A DNA stretch of 64,000 bases from a bacterium (lineage in GTDB: Bacteria; UBA8248), in contig OZ253442.1 in the NCBI GenBank assembly GCA_965261085.1, forward strand, positions 416,001 to 480,000, in the 5' to 3' direction. Positions 48,033 through 57,651 of this stretch are shown piece after piece. Under the pieces are notes generated by a model, which did not search any database, was not told the origin of the DNA, and was given only the letters and a program-made list of their open reading frames with translations. Each line of letters begins with the position of its first letter. Within the stretch, counting starts at the first letter, position 1. Both the position numbers and the translations under genes were made by a program.

Positions 48033-49243
48033 ACGACCATCGCCCTCTTCTGGCCATCGGCCTGATGTCGGGAACCTCCGCCGATGGCGTGGACGCCGCC
48101 TTGGTGCGGATTTTCCCGGGCAAGCGCGCCGAAGTCGAAACCCTGGGCTTTCACGCCGCCCCCTACAATAGGAAGTTAAGAGAGCGAATTCTGCTCGCCG
48201 GGGGCGAGGAGGGCGCCTGGACGGAGGAGATATGCTCTCTGCGCCGGGAGGTGGGCGAAGCATTCGCCACAGCCGCCCTCGAAGTGGCGTCACGCGCCGG
48301 CACCGCCCTTGAGAAAATCGATTTTCTGGGCAGCCACGGCCAGACGGTCCGCCATCTCCCGGAGGGCATGGAGGGTACGCGCGGGCCGCTGCTCCCCTCC
48401 ACCTTTCAGATAGGCGATCCCGCCTTCATCGTCGCGGGCACGGGAATCACCTGCGTCAGCGATTTCCGCCCGCGCGACGTGGCCGCAGGCGGCGCGGGCG
48501 CTCCTCTCACTCCCTGGGCGCACCGGATTCTCTTCAGCCGGGAAAACGCCGCCTCCGCCTTCTTGAACCTGGGCGGCATCTCGAACGTCACCTACCTCCC
48601 CCCCGCAGGAGAGGAGGGTGTTTTCGGTTTCGATTGCGGACCTGCGAACATGACGCTCGATGTCCTTGCGGGGCGGATAACGAACGGCGAGATGACCCAC
48701 GACACAGGCGGCGACCTCGCGGCGGCGGGCCGCGTATGCACCGAAACCCTGGCCGAACTCCGCCGACACCCCTACCTGAAAAGAAAACCACCCAAAAGCA
48801 CGGGCAGAGAGATGTTCGGTGAGGCGTTCGTCGATGAAACCGTGGAACGCATGGCTTCGCGCGGAGACGGCCCAAAAGACGCCATCGCCACGCTCACCGC
48901 CTTTTCCGCTTCGTGCGTCGCGGATGCGATTCGGGATTTCTTTCCAAAAGACCCGCCACTCGCCGAGGTGGTGGTCGGCGGCGGCGGCGTCCACAACAAT
49001 ACTCTCATGCGCCGTTTGCGCGACGCCCTGGGCGATCTCCCCCTCGCCAGAAGTGACGCGCGGGGCGTCTCGCCCGACGCGGTCGAGGCCGTCTGTTTCG
49101 CTTTGCTGGCGTGGGGCACGCTCACTGGACAGACGAACAACCTGCCGCGCGTCACCGGTGCGAAGGAGGCGGTATGTCTCGGGAACATCACGCCGGGACG
49201 GAATTTCGCCTCGTTGATGAGGCGTTTCCACGATTCCGCGTGA
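48029..49243 (+). CDS. anmK: Anhydro-N-acetylmuramic acid kinase
   Basis: IGLMSGTSADGVD, GSHGQT, DFR..DVAAGG.GAPL, NLGGISN, FDCGPAN, PPKSTGRE. Confidence 0.96.
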   Translation: MNDHRPLLAIGLMSGTSADGVDAALVRIFPGKRAEVETLGFHAAPYNRKLRERILLAGGEEGAWTEEICSLRREVGEAFATAALEVASRAGTALEKIDFLGSHGQTVRHLPEGMEGTRGPLLPSTFQIGDPAFIVAGTGITCVSDFRPRDVAAGGAGAPLTPWAHRILFSRENAASAFLNLGGISNVTYLPPAGEEGVFGFDCGPANMTLDVLAGRITNGEMTHDTGGDLAAAGRVCTETLAELRRHPYLKRKPPKSTGREMFGEAFVDETVERMASRGDGPKDAIATLTAFSASCVADAIRDFFPKDPPLAEVVVGGGGVHNNTLMRRLRDALGDLPLARSDARGVSPDAVEAVCFALLAWGTLTGQTNNLPRVTGAKEAVCLGNITPGRNFASLMRRFHDSA

Positions 49244-49315
49244 GTCGGCCCATACACAAATCCCTCAAAATGCGGCATCATGTTCTCTCGATTCTCAACC
49301 AGCAGGAGACAAAAC

Positions 49316-50503
49316 GTGGATGCGGCCATCGAGGCGCAAGCCGTCTCACTCACCAAGGAGTTGATCGGGATTCCCAGCGAGAACCCCACGGGCGATGAGT
49401 TCGCCATGGCGGATCGGATGGAGGCGTTTTTCCGGGGCATCGGCCTCGAGGTTACGCGTGAGCGCGTCTCCGAGAGACGCGAGAACGTGACGGCGGAGAT
49501 CACCGGCGCGAGAGGCGGTCCCGCCCTCGTCATCCTCAATCACATGGATACAGTGCCGGTGGGTGAGGGCTGGTCGCGCGATCCGTTTCTCGCCGCAGAG
49601 GGAGACGGAAAAATCTGGGGACGGGGAAGCTGCGATATGAAGGGCGGCATCGCCGCCGGCCTCGCGGCGATAGAAAACCTTAAAAAACAAATCGACAGCG
49701 GCGCAAAGGCGAGGCGCACGATTCGCTTCTGCATGGTGGTGGATGAAGAAAGCGGCTGCATGACCGGCACCGAGGCGACCATCGCGAGCGGACACATCGG
49801 CGTGGATGACATCGTGATTTCCTGCGAGCCGACCGAACTCGCCCTGGTGACGGCGCAAAAAGGCGCCATGTGGTTCGAGCTCATCTTCAGGGGAAAGAGC
49901 GCCCACGCCGCGACGCCTCACATGGGCGCGGACGCGATTCACGCCGCATCCCACGCCGTGGTGGCTCTCCAGGAAGCGGTGGCGCAACTCCCCCACGAAG
50001 ACCCCCTGCTGGGACGATGCACCATGATCACCAGCATCATCGAGGGAGGCCACAAAACCAACGTGGTCTCCGAGAGATGCGCGATGCAGATAGACTCCCG
50101 CTTCGTCCCTCCCCTGCGGACGGCCGATATCCAGGGGATTATTCACGAGAAAGCCGCCCAGGCTTGCGCCCGGGTGAGCGGGGTCGAATTCTCCCTGCGC
50201 GCCACCATCGCGGACCGCCCACCCGTGACGGCGGACATCGACAGCGCGGGCGCGAGAGTTATTCTGGAGACTTTGGAAGAAATCCTGGGCGCCGAACCCG
50301 AGCCTGCGGGCGTGAGCTATTATTCGGACGCAGGCATGGCCGCGGCCCAAACTGGAAGCCGAAACTGCTTTCTCTTAGGTCCGGGAAACATCGAACAAGC
50401 CCACACGCCCGATGAATTCATCGAAGTCGATTCGCTGAAAAAAGCAGCCCGCCTCTACGGCAGGCTGCTCGAGAAATTCGCGCTGGGCGAAGACTCACCG
50501 TAA
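49316..50503 (+). CDS. M20A ArgE/DapE family deacylase
   Basis: HMDTVP, GRGSCDMKGG, DEE, CEPT, GPGNIEQAH.PDE. GTG start follows AGGAG. Confidence 0.9.
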   Translation: MDAAIEAQAVSLTKELIGIPSENPTGDEFAMADRMEAFFRGIGLEVTRERVSERRENVTAEITGARGGPALVILNHMDTVPVGEGWSRDPFLAAEGDGKIWGRGSCDMKGGIAAGLAAIENLKKQIDSGAKARRTIRFCMVVDEESGCMTGTEATIASGHIGVDDIVISCEPTELALVTAQKGAMWFELIFRGKSAHAATPHMGADAIHAASHAVVALQEAVAQLPHEDPLLGRCTMITSIIEGGHKTNVVSERCAMQIDSRFVPPLRTADIQGIIHEKAAQACARVSGVEFSLRATIADRPPVTADIDSAGARVILETLEEILGAEPEPAGVSYYSDAGMAAAQTGSRNCFLLGPGNIEQAHTPDEFIEVDSLKKAARLYGRLLEKFALGEDSP

Positions 50504-50512
50504 ATATCGTCA

Positions 50513-52888
50513 TCACTCATCGCCGCGCTTGTCCAGCGCCCGGAGCATCCCCATGATGCTGTCGAGCGCCTCCGCCGCGCCGAGTTCCTGAAAGATTCGG
50601 CGCGCCATGCTCAAGCATTCGCGCGCAGCCTCCCACTCATGACCCTCGAAATGCACCCGGCCCAGGCTCCCGAGCACCACCCCCTGCGCGAGAACGCTCC
50701 CTTGCTCGCGGCTGATCTCCAGAGCAGCTTCGTACGCTTCGCGCGCTTCAGGCAAATCGCCCCGCGCGTAGTGAATGTTCCCCATGCCGCTCAGGTTCGC
50801 CGCCTCGCCTTTTCTGTTCTCGAGTCCGCGATTCAGGCGCAAGGCGTTCTCGTAATACCGGAGCGCGCGCGTAAATTGCTCCTGCGCCGCAAAGCTCATC
50901 CCCATCTGACCATACACCAGTGCTTCGCCTGCCTTGTCTCCGATTTTCTGGCAGAGATTCAGGGCGTCATCCAGACTCACCTGCGCCGCTTCGTACTCGC
51001 CCGTCTCGCTCAGGACGGAGGCCAGCGCGGTGTGCGCCCGCGCTTCGTTGCGCCTGTCTCCCAATCTGTGGAACAGGTGCGCCGCCTCGGAAAGATGCTC
51101 CCTGGCTTTTTCCTTATCCCCCAGACGGCGGAACAATCGACCGACCCGCATGCGCAAGGTGGATAGTTGATTGATCCCTCCCTGCGACCCAACATAAGCC
51201 AGCGCCTTCTCGTAGGATTCCGCCGCCTTCTCGTCATCGCCCTTGCGCTGGTAGAAATACCCCAGATTCATGTAGACCACCGACTGCATCGGAACATCCC
51301 GACCCGCTTCGCGCAAAGCCTCGCGAGAATAGGAAATCGCGGGATCCATTTTTTCCCGCCGGTAGGAAGCCACGGCCAGGGCGTTGAGAACGGGCGCGAG
51401 CCGACTCGTGCGCCGCAGCGATTCCTTGAGGTGGTCCGTCGCATCTTCGTTGCGCCCCAGGATCATCTCGAGAATGGCCAGACGCAGATATTCTTCGGAC
51501 GCGGGCGTTTGCCGGGCACTCTCGCGTTGGCCGAGATCGATGCCGGCGGCGTTCACCACGCCCGGGGTCCAGGCGGGAAGTTTCTGCTCCATGTTTTCCG
51601 CCAGGAGCAAATCTCCCGGACAAATATCCGCCACGAGTTCGCGTATCAATTCAGAGGGCGTGTTCGCCGGAGCCTCATGCGAGGCGGCCGGTGGCGGCGC
51701 GGCGGCGCGAACGAGTTCCTCCACGTCATCTTCCAGCGAAAAATCAAGCGCCTCGGCGTCTTCTTCCGCCTCGGGTTCCTCGGGCGCAGCGGCGCTATGC
51801 GAAAAAGCGTCATCCTCTGCGCGTTCGCGCTGAATGAGCGAGATGAGATCCTCCTCGGCAGCGGTTTCCGGCGCGGCTTTCTCTTCCGGCTCCGGGGGCG
51901 AAGGCGCCTCATCGGGTTCATCTTCCTCGAAAATCGATCCCTCATTCCAAGATGGCGACTCTTTGTCCTCCTGCTCCTCGAGTCGAGGTTCCGGCGATGA
52001 TTCCCGCGCGACTTCCAGGACCTCATCATCCACCCGATCCTCACGCGCGGGTTCTGCGGGCGCAGCCGCCACGCCCTCGCCCTCACGCGTGAGGCGGAAG
52101 ACCTCGCTTTCTTCCTCGCCATCGCGCGCATCCTCGCCGGAAGCCGCGTCGTCTCGAACTTCACTGACGGCGGGAATGCGCATTCGCAGGGGGATGTCCG
52201 CGTATTCGCTCGTTTCGGCGACTCCCGGAGCCTCCTCCTCATCGGCGAGAACGCCTCCGGCAGTGACCTGCGTTTCGCTGTCGAGTTCGGCCGCCGCCCG
52301 GGCGTCTTCCATCGAGCGTTGAGAGGGCTCGTCTTCCGCCGGCGACTCGGGCGGCTCGTCCAGGGCGGCGTCCAGCAAGTCATCCGCCACGCGGCGGTAT
52401 TCCGCACCCTCGGGCGTGGGCAAATCCTCCCACCAGGGAGCGCCCGGCTCCGCGGTGGGCGCTTCTTCCACGAGAAGTACAGGCTCTTCGTCATCTTCAG
52501 GCGGAGCTTCGTCTTCGGGTGGGAGAGCCTCTTCCTCTGGAAGAACCTCGCGACTTTCCTCCTTGATTACCCGCACGCCTTCTTCCACGTCATCCAGCGA
52601 TCCCGGGGAATTCCCGACTGCCTCCCGGACGATTCCGCTCTGAGCAGATTCATGTTTCTCCTCCTCGACTTCAGGAATGAAATCTTCGATAAAGCGTGAT
52701 GAAACATCCTCCCAGATGTCGGGCGTAGTGCCCCTGGAGCCGTCTTCCAAAAGACCGCCCCAAGCATGCGCCGAACCTCTTGCGCGACTCATGGCGCGGC
52801 GGCGCATCCATAAGACGACGGGGATACCCAAAAGGGCGAGCACTCCCACCGCGCCGAGCAGCGTCTTCCAGGCAGCCGCCTCAAACAT
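50513..52888 (-). CDS. Membrane-anchored protein with long acidic linker and C-terminal TPR array
   Basis: N-terminal TM followed by RRR; several hundred E/D/A/P-rich residues; about seven or eight TPRs (A...G.....G..Y pattern). Confidence 0.8.
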   Translation of the reverse strand: MFEAAAWKTLLGAVGVLALLGIPVVLWMRRRAMSRARGSAHAWGGLLEDGSRGTTPDIWEDVSSRFIEDFIPEVEEEKHESAQSGIVREAVGNSPGSLDDVEEGVRVIKEESREVLPEEEALPPEDEAPPEDDEEPVLLVEEAPTAEPGAPWWEDLPTPEGAEYRRVADDLLDAALDEPPESPAEDEPSQRSMEDARAAAELDSETQVTAGGVLADEEEAPGVAETSEYADIPLRMRIPAVSEVRDDAASGEDARDGEEESEVFRLTREGEGVAAAPAEPAREDRVDDEVLEVARESSPEPRLEEQEDKESPSWNEGSIFEEDEPDEAPSPPEPEEKAAPETAAEEDLISLIQRERAEDDAFSHSAAAPEEPEAEEDAEALDFSLEDDVEELVRAAAPPPAASHEAPANTPSELIRELVADICPGDLLLAENMEQKLPAWTPGVVNAAGIDLGQRESARQTPASEEYLRLAILEMILGRNEDATDHLKESLRRTSRLAPVLNALAVASYRREKMDPAISYSREALREAGRDVPMQSVVYMNLGYFYQRKGDDEKAAESYEKALAYVGSQGGINQLSTLRMRVGRLFRRLGDKEKAREHLSEAAHLFHRLGDRRNEARAHTALASVLSETGEYEAAQVSLDDALNLCQKIGDKAGEALVYGQMGMSFAAQEQFTRALRYYENALRLNRGLENRKGEAANLSGMGNIHYARGDLPEAREAYEAALEISREQGSVLAQGVVLGSLGRVHFEGHEWEAARECLSMARRIFQELGAAEALDSIMGMLRALDKRGDE

Positions 52889-54488
52889 TCGCCTTCCCCC
52901 GCCGCGAAAGTTTGCGCAGCGCTCGGCCGGGACGCGCTCCGGTATGGTTTCCACCCTCCACGACGACCTCTCCGTTCACCAGAACCATCTCGACCCCCGA
53001 GGGGTATGCAATGGGACGCTCATAGGTGCACTCATCACGTATCTCGTCAGGGTCGAACAACACGAGATCGGCCTTCATCCCGACCGCGAGACGTCCCCGG
53101 TTCGCTATGCCCAGCCGATCGCAGGGAGCGGAAGTCATCTTCCGGATCGCCTCGGTGAGCGGGAACAGGCCCTCGTCTCGCGCCAGCGCGCCCAGGACAA
53201 AGGGAAAAGTGCCGAAATTTCTCGGGTGAGGCCTGCCCGCGCCCAGGGGCGGCTCGTGCGTGAGCGCGCCCGCGTCCGAACCCACCATGACATAGGGCTT
53301 GCCGAGAATGCGCCGCATGTTCTCCGCACTCATCATGAAAATGAGAATCTCGACGTTCATCCTCTCCTCGATCAGCAAATCGAGCATCGCATCCACGGGG
53401 GCAGCGCCTCGGGTCTCGCCCAGGCGCGCGAGGGTGAGGCCCTCGCAAGGCTGGTTCGCCTCCGTGAACACCCGGCTGATCAGGATGTTCTCCCAATAGG
53501 AGGGCTCGGGGTGCGCTTGTATGATTTCGCCCCTTATCCTCGCCCTGGTTTCCGTGTCCGCGAGACGCTCCGTCTTCTCATCGAGAGCGCCGTCATGCGC
53601 CCAATCGGGCAAAAGCGCGCTCAAGTGGGTGTTCGAGGCCGTATAGGGATAGCGATCGCAGGTCACGTCCTCTCCCCTCTCTCTTGCGCGCTCAATGCGG
53701 GCAAAGGCCTCATCGAGCTTGTCCCAATTACGCTCGCCCGCCGTCTTCAAGTGGCTGATCTGAAGCGGCAGCTCCGCCGATGCGGCCGCGCCCATCACCT
53801 CGTCCATCGCCTCGAGCAGCGCATCTCCCTCGCTGCGCATGTGGGTGGCGAGCAGTCCCCCGCCCCGCGCCGAGACCCGGCAAAGCGCCGTGAGTTCCTC
53901 TTTATCCGCAAAACAAACCGGCGCATAGACCAATCCGGTGGACAGGCCGAAAGCCCCCTGCGCCATCCCGGCGGAGAGCATCTCCTCCATCGCGGCGAGT
54001 TCCTCCGCGCGGGCCGGGCGCGCCTCACCCCCCATCACGCTCGCGCGAATCGTGTTGTGGCCCACCAGATGGGCGTAGTTGATCGATACGCCCACCTCGT
54101 CCACGTGATGAAGATGCTCACTTACGCTCTGAAACGGGAGGTCCAGATCGAATTGCTTCCGGTACCATTTCTTGCGCTCCTCGAACTCGGCTCCGTAAAT
54201 CGGGGAGGCGGCGTAGCCGCAGTTGCCTCCCACGTCGGTCGTCACCCCCTGACGGATCTTCGCGTGAGCCTCGGGATTGATGAGCAGGTAATAATCCGAA
54301 TGACCATGAATGTCGACGAACCCCGGACTCAAGGCCAGGCCGCGTGCGTCGACCTCGCGGCGTGCGGAGCCGCTCACCTCGGGGCCGACCCCCTCAATGG
54401 CGTCACCGCGAACGGCGAGCGCACCTTCATACGGGGGGTCGCCTAGACCATCGAATATCATGGCATGGTGAAATATGACGTCATACAT
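52881..54488 (-). CDS. N-acyl-D-amino-acid deacylase (D-aminoacylase)
   Basis: PGFVDIHGHSD, GNCG, GLSTGLVY.P, HMRSE, SHLK, GSDA, HPRNFGTFP. Confidence 0.93.
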   Translation of the reverse strand: MYDVIFHHAMIFDGLGDPPYEGALAVRGDAIEGVGPEVSGSARREVDARGLALSPGFVDIHGHSDYYLLINPEAHAKIRQGVTTDVGGNCGYAASPIYGAEFEERKKWYRKQFDLDLPFQSVSEHLHHVDEVGVSINYAHLVGHNTIRASVMGGEARPARAEELAAMEEMLSAGMAQGAFGLSTGLVYAPVCFADKEELTALCRVSARGGGLLATHMRSEGDALLEAMDEVMGAAASAELPLQISHLKTAGERNWDKLDEAFARIERARERGEDVTCDRYPYTASNTHLSALLPDWAHDGALDEKTERLADTETRARIRGEIIQAHPEPSYWENILISRVFTEANQPCEGLTLARLGETRGAAPVDAMLDLLIEERMNVEILIFMMSAENMRRILGKPYVMVGSDAGALTHEPPLGAGRPHPRNFGTFPFVLGALARDEGLFPLTEAIRKMTSAPCDRLGIANRGRLAVGMKADLVLFDPDEIRDECTYERPIAYPSGVEMVLVNGEVVVEGGNHTGARPGRALRKLSRRGKANV

Positions 54489-54557
54489 CGTGGACTGCCC
54501 GGGGCGGATTCGGCTCGACCGTCGAGCTCAACAGCAAACCGAATTATGGGCGAATCT

Positions 54558-55775
54558 TCATCCGCCTGCAATCGGCGGCGCGCCCGATGCCCACTTTCCA
54601 CCGATCATCACGGCGAGCGGTTTCAGAGAGTCGGGATCGAGAACACAAAAATCCGCGCGCAGGCCCGGAGCGAGACGGCCTTGCCCGGATTCCAGGCCAA
54701 GGACGCGCGCGGGGTTTCGCGTGGCCGTCGCCAGGGCGCAGGCGGTGTCGAGCCCACTCCACTCCCGAAGCCGGGGAAGCATTTGTGAGAGCGCGAGACG
54801 GCTGCCGCTCAATACGCCCTCGCGCATCAGCGCGTCACCCGGCATCTCGCCGCTCGTCCCCTCCTCGTCGCCTTGGGGCCTTAACCCTCCCTCGGCCACC
54901 AGGTCCGAGGTGAGGACCGTCCGCTCCCAGCCCCTCGCGCGAACGAACGACGCGAGCGGACGCGGGGCCACGTGCACGCCGTCCGCTATCAGGCCGGCGG
55001 AGAGCCTCGCGTCGTTTAGCACGAAATCCATGGGCGAGGCCCCCCTGTGCGCGGGAGTCTCCGGATGCCCGTAGCGATTAAACGCATGAACCGCGAACGC
55101 ACCGCCCGCCTCCAGAAACGCCTCCACGCAAGCGGCCTTACCTCGAGTGTGTCCCATCGCGGGGACGACGCCCTTCCCCACCAGCCAACGGGTGAATTCC
55201 GCGGCGCCCGCCACCTCAGGCGACAGGGTGACCATGGCCAACCCCGGCGCACCGCCCACGCCCAAGCCCCCGGCGGCCCGGGCGATCACCTCGACCTCTT
55301 CTTTCGAGGGCGTGCGGATATGCTCTCCTGGATGCGCCCCCCTCATACGCGGCTCCAGATAAGGGCCCTCCAGATGAACGCCCAGTATTCGCGCCTCGGC
55401 GCCGCCTTCTTTTTCCTGAAGCGCCCATGCCTCGCTCACCGCGCGGGCCGCGCGAATCAACTCATCCCGGGGAGCCGTGGTGAGGGTGGGCAAAAAAGCG
55501 GTCGTCCCGCGCTCCGCCAACTCCCGGGCGATTCGCCGCACACCGGCGACGTCGGACGTCAAGAGCGCATCCCCGCCCAGTCCGTTGACCTGAAGATCCA
55601 CGAAACCGGGACACGCCAGCGCGCCCTTTAGGTCGAGCACGCGCGCTCCAGGAGACAAAGGCCGCGCGCCGCGCGGTCCCACATACGAAAAAACGCCCTC
55701 CTCGATAACGAGGAGGGCGTCGGCTATCTTCTCAAGCGGCGTATACGCCGTCACACCCACGAGGAACAGGGCCAT
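54558..55775 (-). CDS. nagA: N-acetylglucosamine-6-phosphate deacetylase
   Basis: PGFVDLQVNG, HLEGPYL...GAH, TLSPE, GHT, HAFN, IADGVH, TSD. Confidence 0.88.
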   Translation of the reverse strand: MALFLVGVTAYTPLEKIADALLVIEEGVFSYVGPRGARPLSPGARVLDLKGALACPGFVDLQVNGLGGDALLTSDVAGVRRIARELAERGTTAFLPTLTTAPRDELIRAARAVSEAWALQEKEGGAEARILGVHLEGPYLEPRMRGAHPGEHIRTPSKEEVEVIARAAGGLGVGGAPGLAMVTLSPEVAGAAEFTRWLVGKGVVPAMGHTRGKAACVEAFLEAGGAFAVHAFNRYGHPETPAHRGASPMDFVLNDARLSAGLIADGVHVAPRPLASFVRARGWERTVLTSDLVAEGGLRPQGDEEGTSGEMPGDALMREGVLSGSRLALSQMLPRLREWSGLDTACALATATRNPARVLGLESGQGRLAPGLRADFCVLDPDSLKPLAVMIGGKWASGAPPIAGG

Positions 55776-55784
55776 GACGCGGGT

Positions 55785-56393
55785 CTACTTCTTCTTCTTT
55801 GCGCTTTTTTTCAGTTCCGCGCGCACTTTCGCGTTCGCGTCGATGAGCGACTCGACGTTCCCTTTCGCTACCTCATACAGGGAGGATTGCACCCGTTCGA
55901 GTATCAGGCGGCCCGCCAGGGTAGTGACGCCCGGAACTTTAGGGGGCGCCTCCTTGCCGCTCGAGCCTTTTGTAATCTCCTCGATGTCCTTGAGGATATC
56001 CTGATCGTCGTAGAGTTCATTCTCTTCATACTGATAGGTGAGCTTCACGTAATCTCTTTCTTTCCTCTCCTGGTCGCGCGTTTCGCGGACGATGTTCTCC
56101 ATGTCGGCGGAAACGGGTTTTTTCACCGAGCCGCTGCGCTTCTCGATCTGCTTGAAATACTTGGAATGATCGTAAGACTCGGGCAGTTCCTCGCCCGGTA
56201 TCTTCGAGCTGATCTCGAAGCGAATCGCCTTGTCGGCATCCACGAATTTCGGCGGGCCGATTTCGTAGGTGATGCCCTCGACGTTGAACCGATCGCCCTT
56301 CTTGGGCTCGAATTTCTTCTGTAAGTCTTTCGTTAAACGATTGAGCGTAACAGAAGCGGTTTCCATAAAAAGCTGCGATTGAAGTGAAGACAT
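55785..56393 (-). CDS. Hypothetical charged soluble protein
   Basis: Long ORF with coding-like codon use and an upstream GAGGAG; ends about 10 bp before nagA; no family recognised. Confidence 0.75.
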   Translation of the reverse strand: MSSLQSQLFMETASVTLNRLTKDLQKKFEPKKGDRFNVEGITYEIGPPKFVDADKAIRFEISSKIPGEELPESYDHSKYFKQIEKRSGSVKKPVSADMENIVRETRDQERKERDYVKLTYQYEENELYDDQDILKDIEEITKGSSGKEAPPKVPGVTTLAGRLILERVQSSLYEVAKGNVESLIDANAKVRAELKKSAKKKK

Positions 56394-56601
56394 TTTCTCG
56401 ATCTCCTCGGCTTCGAAGGACAAATCAGAGGATGGAACATGCCCCAGCGCGTCAAACGAGTCAAGCTGCGGAGTGTTTCGATAACCTGTATGACAATACT
56501 GAAAGCATCCGTGTTCCCATCGGAGAAAGAGGCTATATGTGATAGGGTCGCGCTATTCAAGTGCGCTTCACCCCCACATCCTCGAAAAGGAGCGATTTCA
56601 G

Positions 56602-57528
56602 ATGGCCGAGCCGGTCCACATCCGCATCGGGGGCTATTCCCCGCCCGATACCTCCCATAGCCGCGCGATGGTTATCTTCGGGGAGAAGATGGCCGAACGG
56701 CTGGGCGACGGCGTCAAGACGGACATCTTCTGGAACGTGATGGATTTCGGCTACGCCGCGCCCGACCTTCTCGCCATGGTGGAATGCGGGATGCTCGGCA
56801 TGTGTTATTTCTCGACGAGCTATCTCGCCGACAGGGCGCCCGAACTGGAAATCGTCGACCTGCCCTTTTTGTTCGAGGATTCCGCCCACGCCTACGGCGC
56901 GCTCGACGGCGCGCTCGGCGCGCATCTCACCGAACGAATCGAGGCGCAGACGGGTTACAAGAACCTGGGCTTTTGGGACAACGGATTCCGCCATCTCTCG
57001 AACAGCGTCCGCGACGTGAGAACGCCCGAGGATTGCCGGGGCTTGCGGGTCCGCTTACAGCCCAACGAGACGCACGTGAAGACCTTCGAACTCCTCGGGG
57101 CCGAACCGGTGCCGGTGGAACTCAAGGAAGGAATCGCCATGATCGAATCAGGCGAGGTGAATGCGCAGGAAAACCCGCTTTCCAACACCGTGACCTACGG
57201 CGTCACGAACCACCAAAGGCGCATCACGATGAGTGGTCATTTCTACGGGGCGCGCGCCCTGCTCGCCCACCGGGAGAGTTTCGACGCCTGGCCCGCGCAG
57301 GTACAGGAGGCGGCGCGCGCGTGCATTCGCGAGGCCATCGACCACCAGAGAAAGGCCGCCCAGGTGGGGGAGATCGCGATTCGCAGGCGCCTTGAAGAAG
57401 AAGGCGTCTCCTTCGTGGACCTGACCGATGAGGAGCGCGCGTCGTTCACGGACGCGACGGAACCTATCCGCACCGAAGCCAGGGAAAGGCTCGGGGACGC
57501 GTTGTTCGATCTGGCGATGAGAAAATAG
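56602..57528 (+). CDS. TRAP transporter substrate-binding protein DctP-like (no signal peptide)
   Basis: DLPFLF, FWDNGFRH, DCRGLRVR, AQENP. AAGGAG RBS before ATG 56602. Confidence 0.88.
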   Translation: MAEPVHIRIGGYSPPDTSHSRAMVIFGEKMAERLGDGVKTDIFWNVMDFGYAAPDLLAMVECGMLGMCYFSTSYLADRAPELEIVDLPFLFEDSAHAYGALDGALGAHLTERIEAQTGYKNLGFWDNGFRHLSNSVRDVRTPEDCRGLRVRLQPNETHVKTFELLGAEPVPVELKEGIAMIESGEVNAQENPLSNTVTYGVTNHQRRITMSGHFYGARALLAHRESFDAWPAQVQEAARACIREAIDHQRKAAQVGEIAIRRRLEEEGVSFVDLTDEERASFTDATEPIRTEARERLGDALFDLAMRK

Positions 57529-57651
57529 GAAAAGCGCGGTGCGGCTGAGCCGCGCCCGGTACTCCTCGCCATCGCGCCCTCACTCCGGTTAAAATCTATC
57601 CCCGTACAGCGCGAATCGAGAACAGGTTCTTCATAGAAGGCGCGAAAAACC

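Noticed and set aside
52677-54446. 589-aa plus-strand ORF
   Set aside because: Antisense shadow of the well-supported D-aminoacylase.
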